Of a DNA stretch of 64,000 nt, positions 29,728 through 38,780 are shown one piece after another; position 1 is the stretch's first letter; every line of letters starts with the position of its first letter. Both the position numbers and the translations under genes were made by a program. The stretch lies in contig OY760687.1 in assembly GCA_963663945.1 (NCBI GenBank), forward strand, positions 2,516,555 through 2,580,554, given 5' to 3'. This DNA comes from Dehalococcoidia bacterium. GTDB taxonomy: Bacteria > Chloroflexota > Dehalococcoidia > Lucifugimonadales > UBA3495. Under the pieces are notes generated by a model. It worked only from the letters and a program-made list of their open reading frames with translations. It ran no database searches and was not told where the DNA came from.

Positions 29728-30642
29728 CTAGGACGGCAGGTGCGCGAGATATTGTTCGGCGAAGTCCATGCCGACGAGATCGCTGAAGGCGGTCATCAGG
29801 CGTTCGGTGACAGGTCCGGGGACGTTTCCGTTGCCGACGGTTGCGCCGTTGACCGCCGACACCGGGCAGATGCACAGGCTGGTGGAAGTCAGGAACGCTT
29901 CATCGGCAGTGTAGGCGTCGTACAGATCAATGTCACATTCGGCGGTGGCAAGCCCCAACCCGTCGGCCAGCTCCAGGGCCTGGTTGCGGGTGACGCCTTC
30001 CAGCACGTACTGCGACTTGGGGGTCATCACCGCGCCGTCCTTGACCAGGAAGACGTTGCTGCCGCGGCCCTCGGTCAGATTGCCAAATTCGTCCAGCAGG
30101 ATGGCCCAGGCGTCCTGATCCTCTCCCTGCACTTCCAACTCGCCCATGATGAGATTGAGGTAGTTGTGAGTCTTGGCGCGGGGGCTGAGGAAACGGGGAG
30201 GTATGCGCGCCACCGACGGGGTGCTGATGCGCGCGCCGTCCCGGTACAGCGGGGCGCGAGCGGCAAAGGGGATGGCATGGCTCTCTATAATGATGGTGGG
30301 CTGCGGGCCGCCGGAGCGATTGGCGCCCTCCACGCCGCGGCTGATGCGCTGCATCACCCACATATCCTGACCCGGAGGCAGCAGGGGATGGTTGTGCGCG
30401 ACCACGGCCTCGGTGGCTTCGGTCATCTCGGCCTTGCTCATTCCCACATCGATACGCAGGTACCGCAGGGAGTTGTAAAGACGATCGATGTGGCGATCCA
30501 GCCGGAAAGTCTGGCCGCCGAAAGTGCGGGTGGCGTCGAACACCGCGTCGCCGTACAGGAATCCGCGGTCGTAAATCGACAGCGCAACCTGGCTGGCGGG
30601 GGTCATCTCACCGTTGAAATAGACGATCATTTCGTCTGCCAT
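29728..30642 (-). CDS. Class IV (branched-chain / D-amino-acid) aminotransferase
   Basis: ...YFNGEMTPASQVALSIYDRGFLYGDAVFDATRTFGGQTFRLDRHIDRLYNS... Start placed at the ATG with GAGGG 9 nt upstream (30642); the ORF opens at 30651. Confidence 0.8.
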   Translation of the reverse strand: MADEMIVYFNGEMTPASQVALSIYDRGFLYGDAVFDATRTFGGQTFRLDRHIDRLYNSLRYLRIDVGMSKAEMTEATEAVVAHNHPLLPPGQDMWVMQRISRGVEGANRSGGPQPTIIIESHAIPFAARAPLYRDGARISTPSVARIPPRFLSPRAKTHNYLNLIMGELEVQGEDQDAWAILLDEFGNLTEGRGSNVFLVKDGAVMTPKSQYVLEGVTRNQALELADGLGLATAECDIDLYDAYTADEAFLTSTSLCICPVSAVNGATVGNGNVPGPVTERLMTAFSDLVGMDFAEQYLAHLPS

Positions 30643-30685
30643 GTTTACCATCCCTCAAATGTATACGGGTTTTGTCCGACCGGGT

Positions 30686-31588
30686 TCACGCGTCCGTGCG
30701 CTTGATTTGGAACTGGGCCTGCTCTTCCATGGGCAGCACGATGGCCGCGCTGTCCAGGTCGCCCAACCCCTGCTCGACGGCCTCCGCCAGCAATTTGTAG
30801 GCCAGGTCACCGGCGGCGATCGGGGTTCCCAGGTCGCGAGCCATCTCCTGGATGAGCCCCAGGTCCTTGAGGAACACTCGTAACTGGGTGCGTATGCCGT
30901 CGAAATCCCGGTCAAGCATGGCCGGAGCATTGCGTCCGAGGAGGAAACTCTGTCCCCATCCCGAGTTGACCAATTCGAAAACCAACGCCGGGTCGGCGCC
31001 CGATTTCGCCCCGAGCAGCATTGCCTCGGCAGCAGCCACCATGTGGATGCCCACCAGCAACTGGTTCACCAGCTTCGCAGCGGTGCCGGAACCGGTGGGG
31101 CCAACATGGCGCACCACGGCTCCCATCACGTCGAACAGGGGCTGGGCCGCCTCGTAGGCACCGGCCGGGCCACCCACCATGATGGTCAGGGTGCCGTCGG
31201 TGGCGCGCTCGGTACCACCGCTGATGGGCGCGTCGAGGAACATGGCGCCACGCTTTTCGGCGGCTGCGGCGCAGGCCTTCGAAGTCGACGCTCCAACGGT
31301 GCTGTGATCGACGATTATCTGGCCGGGGCGAGCATTGGGCAGCGCGCCGTCGTCACCGAGCAACACCGCCTCGCACGTTGCCACGTCAGGCAAGCAGGCC
31401 AGCACAATGTCGCAATTGGCCATCACCTCCGCGGTGGACGCCGCGGCCGTGGCCCCGGCATCGGCGATCTGTCGGACCTTCTCCTGGCTCCGATTGTGGA
31501 CCGTGACGTCGTGGCCCGCGCGCAGCAGATTGTAGGCCATGGGTAATCCCATGCGGCCCAAACCGATGAAACCAATCTTTTCAGCCAA
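30686..31588 (-). CDS. NAD(P)-dependent 3-hydroxyisobutyrate dehydrogenase family oxidoreductase
   Basis: MAEKIGFIGLGRMGLPMAYNLLRAGHDVTVHNRS... TTG start with GGAG upstream. Both 6-PGDH-like NAD-binding and C-terminal domains are present. Confidence 0.8.
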   Translation of the reverse strand: MAEKIGFIGLGRMGLPMAYNLLRAGHDVTVHNRSQEKVRQIADAGATAAASTAEVMANCDIVLACLPDVATCEAVLLGDDGALPNARPGQIIVDHSTVGASTSKACAAAAEKRGAMFLDAPISGGTERATDGTLTIMVGGPAGAYEAAQPLFDVMGAVVRHVGPTGSGTAAKLVNQLLVGIHMVAAAEAMLLGAKSGADPALVFELVNSGWGQSFLLGRNAPAMLDRDFDGIRTQLRVFLKDLGLIQEMARDLGTPIAAGDLAYKLLAEAVEQGLGDLDSAAIVLPMEEQAQFQIKRTDA

Positions 31589-31694
31589 GATTCAAACTCC
31601 GGAGTGCAGGATACCAGCCGCTACAGTCTAACAAGGCCATCGGCGGTTCGCGCTACACACGACGCGGGCGCATAACTGTGCGATCGGGCACGGA

Positions 31695-32486
31695 TCAGAT
31701 GAGGCCTTCCGCGATCGCTGCGGCCTCCACCAAATCCCACCCGTCTTCGATGCCCGGCAGCAATCGGTCACAGGCCTCGGCCTTGAGCACCGCGCGGCCA
31801 GCATCATCGCGGTCGTCGACTGACACCAACGCCGCCGTCACCTGCGCGGCCTCGGCGGGATCCACCTCAGGCCGGGCGGTGAAGCAGCAATGGCTGTAAC
31901 CCGGGCTGCTCCAGAACACCTTCAGTTCTTCGGTGTTGATACCGTGCCGCTCGTTCAAGGTGTCGAGGGCGCGGGCGCTGATGGCGCCGGCATCGTAGGA
32001 GCGGTTCAACACCTGCAGGGCCACATCGACCTGGTCGGAGCCGTGTTGCTGGTCGCGCTGGTCATAGAAATCGGCGGCCGCGAGCGTGCGAGACGGGTGG
32101 ATGCCCATCTGCTTGAGGAAATATACGGGCAGGAGGCCAGCTTCCACCGAGTCCCGCGCGGCAAAGGCGAACCGGGTGCCGGGCAGGTCCTCCACGGTGT
32201 CGATCGTGGAATCGGCGCGGGTGATGAACCTGGTGGTGAAATCGATATCAACGTCGCGCAGAGCCAGCACCGGCGCTCCGTCGGGCAGAGCGCGGCGCAT
32301 CTTCACATGGGACAACGGGCCATTCCAGGCAAGGTTGATTTCCCCCCGCGCGAAGGCGTCCACCATCTCGTCATAGCCGGAATAAAGCACCCAATCGAAC
32401 TCGACGCCATTGCGTCGGAATACCGTTTCGAGGGCACGGCAAAGGTCGAGGTGTGCCGGGGAACCTGTAGCGCCTAATCGGATCAT
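31695..32486 (-). CDS. PhnD/SsuA-type periplasmic-binding-protein fold protein lacking a signal peptide
   Basis: ...FDWVLYSGYDEMVDAFARGEINLAWNGPLSHV...RFAFAARDSVEAGLLPVYFLKQMG... resembles PhnD-like phosphonate/phosphite binding proteins. AGGAGG lies 8 nt upstream. I see no N-terminal hydrophobic segment. Confidence 0.55.
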   Translation of the reverse strand: MIRLGATGSPAHLDLCRALETVFRRNGVEFDWVLYSGYDEMVDAFARGEINLAWNGPLSHVKMRRALPDGAPVLALRDVDIDFTTRFITRADSTIDTVEDLPGTRFAFAARDSVEAGLLPVYFLKQMGIHPSRTLAAADFYDQRDQQHGSDQVDVALQVLNRSYDAGAISARALDTLNERHGINTEELKVFWSSPGYSHCCFTARPEVDPAEAAQVTAALVSVDDRDDAGRAVLKAEACDRLLPGIEDGWDLVEAAAIAEGLI

Positions 32487-32646
32487 CGGATCACCTCCTG
32501 TCGTGGTGATTTCCTGCCGTGTCTAACGCCAGTCTCTGCCTGTTGCTCGAGCGCAGTCTATCACCAGGTCAAACCGCTGCCAATTGAGCACAATGGGGCG
32601 CGGCAGCAAGATCGTATGCGGTGGTGTGCTGCGCAACGTTCGTGGA

Positions 32647-34185
32647 CTACGGGCCGGTTTCTCCGGGGCGCGCCGACTGGCCGTCGCGCATCAACAGCGT
32701 TGGAATGATTGCGATGATGGCGACAATTCCGGCGGCTCGGAAAAAGGCGTGGAACAGGTCGAGGCTGGCCATCTGCAGAAACGTCCGGTATTCGGCGAAC
32801 TCCCGGGCTCGGGCGCCTGCGTCCAGGCCGGGTATGGTCAGGGGAGACGGCGTTTCGGTCAATATCGCCAGCATCTGATTCACGCCCCACGCCGAAAGCG
32901 CGGCGATCCCCAGCGTCATCCCCAGCATGCGGGCCACGACGATCATCGACGCGGCCACCGCCCGATAGTCAGCAGGAGCCGAGAACACTGCCCGGTGCAT
33001 CAGGGGCGCCACCACCAGGCCGAATCCAGCGCCGGCAAGAACCATGTCAGCGGTCAGACGGGGCTCGGCGATGTCAACCGGCCAGCCGCTCAGGCGGAAC
33101 ATGCCAATTGCGATCAACGCCAGCCCAGGAACTGTGATCCATCGCGCGTCGAACCGCCTCAAGAGCAGCCCACCCACCACCGCGAATACCGGGATAGTTG
33201 CAGTCATTCTGAGCAGCCACAACGCGGCGGTGAACGGATCGACGGGACGATGCGGCACGTTCATCACCGTGTTGGCCATGATTACCGTGCTGGCCATGGC
33301 GACGACGAGAGCGCTTCCAATCAGCAACTGGGTCGCATTTGCCATCAGGAACGCGCGGGCCTGCAACAGCATCGGCGACAGGAGCGGCTGCTCGACGCGG
33401 AAATGGACCACGACCAGGGCCGCCCCGCACAACACGCATCCCGCCAAAAACCCCCAGGGGGTCCACGAAGACAGAGCGAACAAACCGTCGTGGGCGATAG
33501 CCAGGCACAGCAACACGAGGGCCAGGGTCAGGAAGACGGCCCCCCAATAGTCCATCCGGGCTCCCTCGTTGCGCCGCTCCGGAAGGAACACCAGAGCGAT
33601 CGCAATGGCGGCGGCCTGGGGAACGTTGAGCCAGAATATGGCCCGCCATCCCCACAGTTCGATCACCGCTCCGCCGTACGCCGGGCCCAGCATGCTTCCA
33701 GCCTCGGCGGCGCCGGCCACAATGCCCAGCGCCAAGCCGCGTTGGGCTGGAGAAACCAGGGCGGCGGCGATGGCCAGGCTCACCGGCACGGCACCGCCGC
33801 CGCCGATGGCCTGGATCACCCGGGCTGCGATTATCTGATGCAGGGGTTCCAGGTTCGAGTTCAACCACGCCCACTGCCCGGCCACGGCAACCAGGGTGGT
33901 GCCGAGGGCAAATACGGCCAGCGATAGGAGGTAAACGCGCCGGTAACCATGAACGTCGGCCAGCCGACCGAGCAACGGCATCGCTGCGGTATAGCCCAGT
34001 AGATAGGCGGTAACCACCCAGATCACCGATTCGAACCGCAGGATGGGGATCTTGAGATCGGCCATGATCGCGGGCAGTGCCGTGATCACCACCGTCTGGT
34101 CCAGCGCGGTGACGAAAGTGCCCACCGCCACGACTCCTACCAGAGCCCACGGCGACAATCTTGGCCGAGTGAACGTCACGGACAT
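32647..34185 (-). CDS. MFS transporter, DHA2 (14-TMS, EmrB/QacA-type), P55-like
   Basis: 512 aa. ...ALDQTVVITALPAIMADL..., ...YLLGYTAAMPLLGRLADVHGYRRV..., ...GPAYGGAV...WRAIFWLNVP... are typical DHA2 motifs. It lies immediately downstream of the LprG-like gene. Confidence 0.85.
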   Translation of the reverse strand: MSVTFTRPRLSPWALVGVVAVGTFVTALDQTVVITALPAIMADLKIPILRFESVIWVVTAYLLGYTAAMPLLGRLADVHGYRRVYLLSLAVFALGTTLVAVAGQWAWLNSNLEPLHQIIAARVIQAIGGGGAVPVSLAIAAALVSPAQRGLALGIVAGAAEAGSMLGPAYGGAVIELWGWRAIFWLNVPQAAAIAIALVFLPERRNEGARMDYWGAVFLTLALVLLCLAIAHDGLFALSSWTPWGFLAGCVLCGAALVVVHFRVEQPLLSPMLLQARAFLMANATQLLIGSALVVAMASTVIMANTVMNVPHRPVDPFTAALWLLRMTATIPVFAVVGGLLLRRFDARWITVPGLALIAIGMFRLSGWPVDIAEPRLTADMVLAGAGFGLVVAPLMHRAVFSAPADYRAVAASMIVVARMLGMTLGIAALSAWGVNQMLAILTETPSPLTIPGLDAGARAREFAEYRTFLQMASLDLFHAFFRAAGIVAIIAIIPTLLMRDGQSARPGETGP

Positions 34186-34214
34186 CCGTGCAGCCAGCCG
34201 CGATCCCGCAGTAG

Positions 34215-35003
34215 CTAGCCGCCAGACAGGTCGATGAACTGTTCCGGCGGTGAGATATCGGCCGGCTCTCCGATACCGGTAAATCGAATCATCCGATGGG
34301 TATCCGGAAGGTCAAACTCACCGATCTGTCCAACGACGCTGATCATGCGCGGCAGCTTTTGTTCCGTGTCCGTCCAGACGTCGATCTGCAGGGATTGGCC
34401 CTCGGATGCCGAGAGCGGGAGCCAGTCCATGGCGGATGCGGGAACGCCACCGCGGATCCTGTATGTCGCTACGTCATCAACTGTCTCCGCGCCCACGAAG
34501 ACGGGGTTTTCCACTGCTTCCACCAAGTCTGCGACGATGTGCTGGAGCCGAGTCACCGAAAATGGGGCTGACGTCGCGGGTTGCTTGAGCCAGAGGCCCG
34601 ATATCGGTTCGGTGGAAAAATATCCCTGCGGGGTGACGACGGCAAGCACCTGAACGTAGGAGCCTGACTGGGCATCGATTTCCGGACTGCTCACCAGATA
34701 AGCGTCGATGGAAACGGCCGCTCCAGTATCGGCATCCCAAGCCCCGCTGATATCAGTGATCTTGGCGCTGAACTCAGGCAGATACATGCTCCCGACTTCG
34801 TGAGCCACGTGGAACTGAGTCGACCGAACGGTTCGCAGACTAGCGGCGGTTTCCGCCACGAGCGCCGCGGCGTCGGGAACGGGTGTGGGCGTGGGTGGTG
34901 TCGCGGCGGGCGCCTCGATCCCGCACGCCGCTGTAATCCAGACCGTCAAGACGAGCGCAACCGTAGCCAGGCCGACTCGGGCTGTTGTCAGCGCGTCGAC
35001 CAA
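34215..35003 (-). CDS. LppX/LprAFG-family (LprG-like) putative lipoprotein
   Basis: Signal peptide ending ...VWITAAC, then a Pro/Thr linker. The domain runs colinear with my recollection of LprG (...LVAETAASLRTVRSTQFHV..., ...VATYRIRGGVPASAM..., ...LQIDVWTDTEQKLPRMI...). TTG start overlaps the upstream gene by 16 nt. Confidence 0.65.
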   Translation of the reverse strand: MVDALTTARVGLATVALVLTVWITAACGIEAPAATPPTPTPVPDAAALVAETAASLRTVRSTQFHVAHEVGSMYLPEFSAKITDISGAWDADTGAAVSIDAYLVSSPEIDAQSGSYVQVLAVVTPQGYFSTEPISGLWLKQPATSAPFSVTRLQHIVADLVEAVENPVFVGAETVDDVATYRIRGGVPASAMDWLPLSASEGQSLQIDVWTDTEQKLPRMISVVGQIGEFDLPDTHRMIRFTGIGEPADISPPEQFIDLSGG

Positions 35004-36379
35004 ACCGCCATGCTACCGTTGGCGATGTCGTGCAACTGCCCGTCTTCGCCAGTCTCCACAACGTACACCCGTGAACCGCCCGCGCTGCTGCCGTTGCGTC
35101 TTTCGGACAGGTATTGTTGGGTTCCGGACACAACCAGGCCGGACCCGTCCGGCGCCCAGGGTGAATGGCTGCGAGCGTACTGGTCGAAGAACGCAAGCAT
35201 CAGGAACGTTTCCCCGCTGGGCGAGAAGCGGAACCCCGCGACGGCGCTGTGGTCTTCATCACCGACGGAGTCGGAGGCTGACCCCGAGACGAGCCTCCAT
35301 TCCATAGTACGTTCTTCCGGGTTCAGGGCCACCCAGGCCAAACGGTCCCCCTGCGGCTCCCAGAAGAAACCGAGAACCCAGTCGTCCTCCTTGATTGTCC
35401 GTTCCGCGCTGCCGTCGGCGGCCAACAGGCGCAAACGGCGGTAGGCTGGAGAACCCGCAATCTGCCGATCCACCACCGCGATCACGGTGCCGTCTCCCGA
35501 CCACAGGAAAGCGCATGCGCCTTCGACCTCGGCCAGACGGAGGGCGGCGTCATCGGGCTGGTCGGGCCGCCCAACCCACAATGCTTCGCTGTCGCCGCCG
35601 GGAGCCGACCAGGCCAGCCGGCTCCCGTCTGGAGACCAGGCCGGGGTACGGAAAGAACGGGAACTGGCCAATGGCTGGACGCTGAACTGCTGGGCGTCGT
35701 AGTCCGGCGTAACGAGCAGAACATCCTCGTTGCTGTGCACCGCCAGCGACGCGCTGTCCGGAGACCAGTCGAAATACAGCGGCGCTCCCCGTTGCACCGC
35801 CAGCGGAGCCGCGGGCGAACCGGACTGCGGCGCGGGTGTGGCATCCACCACGAACAGGGTCAGGCCTTCGGGAGTTGCCGCCGTGATCCCCAATTTTTGA
35901 CCGTCGGGCGACCATTGGACGTAGTGGGGAGTACCTTCCGCGATCGTCAGGGGGACATCGTTGACGAACGCCGCGCCACCGACACCGGTAGACGATTCCA
36001 GCGAGTGGAGGCTGATCTGCGCGTCGCTGGGAGATTCGCCGCGCAAGAGAGAAACTGCAATGCGGGAGCCGTCCGGCGACCATACGGGCCAGCTGTACAT
36101 TGTGTCGCGGCGCTGGGGCTGCGCGAGGATGCCGCCGGCGCGAGCCACGGCCCCGGTCGTGAGCAGGCTACGACCCGAACCGTCCGGCTCGGAGGTGACC
36201 AATTGGCCGTCGGTATCGATGTATGCGATGCGGTTGATAGTCATGGACGTTTCGTTATTCTCGGTTCTGCCCGGGTCCGGGGAACACGCCACCGCGACCA
36301 TCAAGATCATCGTGGCGGCGACCAGGATGGCAAGATACCGGCGTGCGGAAAGCGTTAGCCAGGGAGCCGTCGGAACCAT
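34988..36379 (-). CDS. TolB-like PD40/WD40 beta-propeller protein, probable lipoprotein
   Basis: Eight or more W/FSPDG-type repeats (WSPDGSRIAVS, WSPDGQKLGI, WSPDSASLAV, WSPDGSRLAWS, WSGDGTVIAV, WAPDGSGLVVS...). Signal-like N-terminus ...RRYLAILVAATMILMVAVACSP. Start is uncertain: ATG 36379 is preferred, with 36430 and 36472 as alternatives. The ORF opens at 36613, but that 5' part has low third-position G+C. Confidence 0.7.
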   Translation of the reverse strand: MVPTAPWLTLSARRYLAILVAATMILMVAVACSPDPGRTENNETSMTINRIAYIDTDGQLVTSEPDGSGRSLLTTGAVARAGGILAQPQRRDTMYSWPVWSPDGSRIAVSLLRGESPSDAQISLHSLESSTGVGGAAFVNDVPLTIAEGTPHYVQWSPDGQKLGITAATPEGLTLFVVDATPAPQSGSPAAPLAVQRGAPLYFDWSPDSASLAVHSNEDVLLVTPDYDAQQFSVQPLASSRSFRTPAWSPDGSRLAWSAPGGDSEALWVGRPDQPDDAALRLAEVEGACAFLWSGDGTVIAVVDRQIAGSPAYRRLRLLAADGSAERTIKEDDWVLGFFWEPQGDRLAWVALNPEERTMEWRLVSGSASDSVGDEDHSAVAGFRFSPSGETFLMLAFFDQYARSHSPWAPDGSGLVVSGTQQYLSERRNGSSAGGSRVYVVETGEDGQLHDIANGSMAVWSTR

Positions 36380-36612
36380 TGGCCACGGAAATAATTTCGC
36401 GAGCACGCGGGTAACGGTAGCACCCAACATCCCAATAAGCAACGGACGGGCGACCTGCCAGCCCGATAGCATGACGAGGCATACTGCAATTGGGTACCGT
36501 AGCGAGGAGTTCGCGCTTGAGGATGGAAAATCACTTGAACGGAAACTGTGGTTTAATGCCCATTGATCCGAGCTTCCACGCACGGTCAATTGGACGAGTC
36601 GAAGCGCCTTCA

Positions 36613-38178
36613 ATGACGATACAAAACAACCTACCCGCCGGCCGGGTGATCATGGTCCAGGGCACAGCGTCCCACGTCGGCAAGAGCGTGCTGGTATCGG
36701 CGCTGTGCCGCATATTCCGCCAGGACGGACTGCGGGTCGCGCCGTTCAAGGCGCAGAACATGTCCAACAACTCGTACGTCACGCCGGACGGCGGTGAAAT
36801 CGGCCGCGCCCAGGCCGTCCAGGCCGAGGCCGCCGGTGTCGAAGCCCGCGTGGAAATGAACCCGGTGCTCCTCAAGCCTGAGGCGGACAGCCATGCCCAG
36901 GTGGTGCTGATGGGCCGTCCTCTCACCTCTGCCCGGGCCCGTGACTATTTTGACCTGAAAGCCACCCTCTGGGACTCGGTTTCCAGTTCGCTGGACGCGC
37001 TGCGCAGCCAACACGACGTGGTGGTGATCGAGGGGGCCGGCAGCCCGGCGGAGATCAACCTGAAAGCCACCGAAATCGTCAACATGCGGGTGGCGCTCTA
37101 CGCCAACGCTCCCGTCCTCCTGTGCGGCGACATCGACCGGGGCGGCGTGTTCGCGTCGCTGGTGGGTACATTGCAGCTGCTGGACGATGCTGAGCGGGAC
37201 CGGGTCAAGGGCCTGCTGATCAACAAGTTCCGCGGCGACGCATCGCTACTGACCGATGGTCTGACGTGGCTGGAGGACTACACAGGCAAGCCGGTGGTGG
37301 GCGTGGTTCACCACTACCGGGACATACACATTCCCGAAGAGGATTCGGTGGCGCTGGACTTCACCCCGCCGCACGCATCCTCGCCCGACGTCCTGGACGT
37401 CGCCGTCGTCCAGGTCCCTCACATTTCGAACTTCGACGACTTTGACCCGCTGGCAAGGGAGCCGGGCGTCTCGTTGCGGTACGTGCAGAGCGGTGACCGG
37501 CTCGGCCAGCCAGACCTCGTGATCCTGCCGGGCAGCAAAACAACCATCCCCGACCTGATTTGGATGGAGCGACAGGGGTTGTCCCAAGCCGTGGTGAGCG
37601 CCACGGAGAACGGTTCCGCGATCATCGGCATCTGCGGCGGCTACCAGATGCTGGGCAAGACCCTGCTGGACCCGGACCGCATCGAGTCCGACATCGGCGC
37701 AGCGGACGGCCTCGGCCTGCTTCCCCTGGTGACAACGTTCGCCGGCACCAAGGAGACGCACCGGGTGGAGGCCAAGGTACGATCCGAGGCATCCACGCGC
37801 GGGCACCTGTTGTCCGGCGCAGATGGGGAAACCGTGGTCGGCTACGAGATCCACATGGGCCGGACCGCGGGCGAAGGCGTCATTCCTGCGTTCAGCCTGG
37901 TCGACCGGGCCGATGCGGCCATCACGCCGGACACGGCCTTCGATGGAGCCCTCGACGCCAACGGCCGGGTGATGGGAACGTACATCCACGGGCTGTTCCA
38001 CAACGCTGGCGTCCGCCGCGCGATCCTGGGTGAGTTGGCCCGCCGCAAGGGGGTTGGGTTGCCCGAAGGTGTGGACGTGGCCCGCGACCGGGAGTATGAC
38101 CGGCTGGCAGACTGGGTGCGCGACAGCCTGCGTATGGACCTGGTCTACGAGATGGTGGGACTGACGCCGGCGCTATGA
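36613..38178 (+). CDS. cobQ: Cobyric acid synthase
   Basis: ORF 36490-38178, start placed at ATG 36613 (MTIQNNLPAGRVIMVQGTASHVGKSVLVSALCRIF...). CobQ/CbiP N-terminal ATPase domain plus a C-terminal glutamine amidotransferase domain (...ICGGYQMLG...). Confidence 0.9.
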   Translation: MTIQNNLPAGRVIMVQGTASHVGKSVLVSALCRIFRQDGLRVAPFKAQNMSNNSYVTPDGGEIGRAQAVQAEAAGVEARVEMNPVLLKPEADSHAQVVLMGRPLTSARARDYFDLKATLWDSVSSSLDALRSQHDVVVIEGAGSPAEINLKATEIVNMRVALYANAPVLLCGDIDRGGVFASLVGTLQLLDDAERDRVKGLLINKFRGDASLLTDGLTWLEDYTGKPVVGVVHHYRDIHIPEEDSVALDFTPPHASSPDVLDVAVVQVPHISNFDDFDPLAREPGVSLRYVQSGDRLGQPDLVILPGSKTTIPDLIWMERQGLSQAVVSATENGSAIIGICGGYQMLGKTLLDPDRIESDIGAADGLGLLPLVTTFAGTKETHRVEAKVRSEASTRGHLLSGADGETVVGYEIHMGRTAGEGVIPAFSLVDRADAAITPDTAFDGALDANGRVMGTYIHGLFHNAGVRRAILGELARRKGVGLPEGVDVARDREYDRLADWVRDSLRMDLVYEMVGLTPAL

Positions 38179-38747
38179 GCTCGCTACACCTGGTGTTGGG
38201 CGGCATACGGTCGGGGAAAAGCGTTTACGCGGAACGGTTGGCGGCCGATGTCGCCGGATGCCAACGCGTCCTGTACGTAGCGACGGGCATCGCCGTAGAC
38301 ACGGAGATGGAAGAGCGCATCCAACGGCACCAACAGAGGCGGCCGCAAAATTGGCAAACCCTGGAAGCCCCGCTCAACCCGGTTGGCGCCCTGCAGGATC
38401 TAATCAGAACCAGCGACCCGCCTCCAGTCCTGTTGCTCGACTCCATGGACGTTTGGGTCTCCAATCTGATGCTGGAACACGAAGGCACGCCGCGACTGGA
38501 ATTGGAAGCTCGCATCGTCGGCGCGACGCGGCGTTTCGCGGATTACATCCGGGAGACCGACCTGGCAGCGGTTGTGGTGAGCAGCGAAGTCGGCCACTCC
38601 TTGGTAGCAACGTCCCAATTGGGACGTCAGTTCCAGGATGTACTCGGCACCGCAAACCAGGCGATGGCGGCAGCCGCTGGTCGGGTGACTATGATCGTTG
38701 CGGGGTTGCCGGTCCCGATCAAGCCTCCGGCAACCGGCTCCTACTAG
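38175..38747 (+). CDS. cobU: Adenosylcobinamide kinase / adenosylcobinamide-phosphate guanylyltransferase
   Basis: P-loop LVLGGIRSGKSVYAE, about 190 aa. Start overlaps the cobQ stop (ATGA). Confidence 0.85.
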   Translation: MSSLHLVLGGIRSGKSVYAERLAADVAGCQRVLYVATGIAVDTEMEERIQRHQQRRPQNWQTLEAPLNPVGALQDLIRTSDPPPVLLLDSMDVWVSNLMLEHEGTPRLELEARIVGATRRFADYIRETDLAAVVVSSEVGHSLVATSQLGRQFQDVLGTANQAMAAAAGRVTMIVAGLPVPIKPPATGSY

Positions 38748-38780
38748 CCGCCAGAATGGGTTTGGCAACACGGCGGCGCG

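Noticed and set aside
32584-33927. Very long ORFs antisense to confidently assigned genes. Examples: 32584-33927 (+), 42455-44146 (+), 45246-46280 (-), 8778-9770 (+), 20933-21856 (+), 26581-27723 (+), 27615-28721 (+), 29617-30705 (+), 46854-47849 (+), 48909-50084 (+), 52512-53510 (-), 60465-62126 (+), 12553-13440 (+).
   Set aside because: In genomes above 60% G+C, stop codons are rare on the strand opposite a real gene. The translations are Arg/Gly/Pro/His-rich low-complexity strings with no family motifs, whereas the opposite strand encodes clear family members in every case.
36480-36612. Cobalamin riboswitch upstream of cobQ. GGAAAATCAC and GGAAACTGTGG vaguely resemble the GGTGAAAATCC and GCNACTGT segments.
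   Set aside because: There is no B12 box (AGYCMGGAGACCKGCC-like) and no convincing helices by eye. The resemblance is limited to two short strings. It needs a covariance-model scan before any claim.
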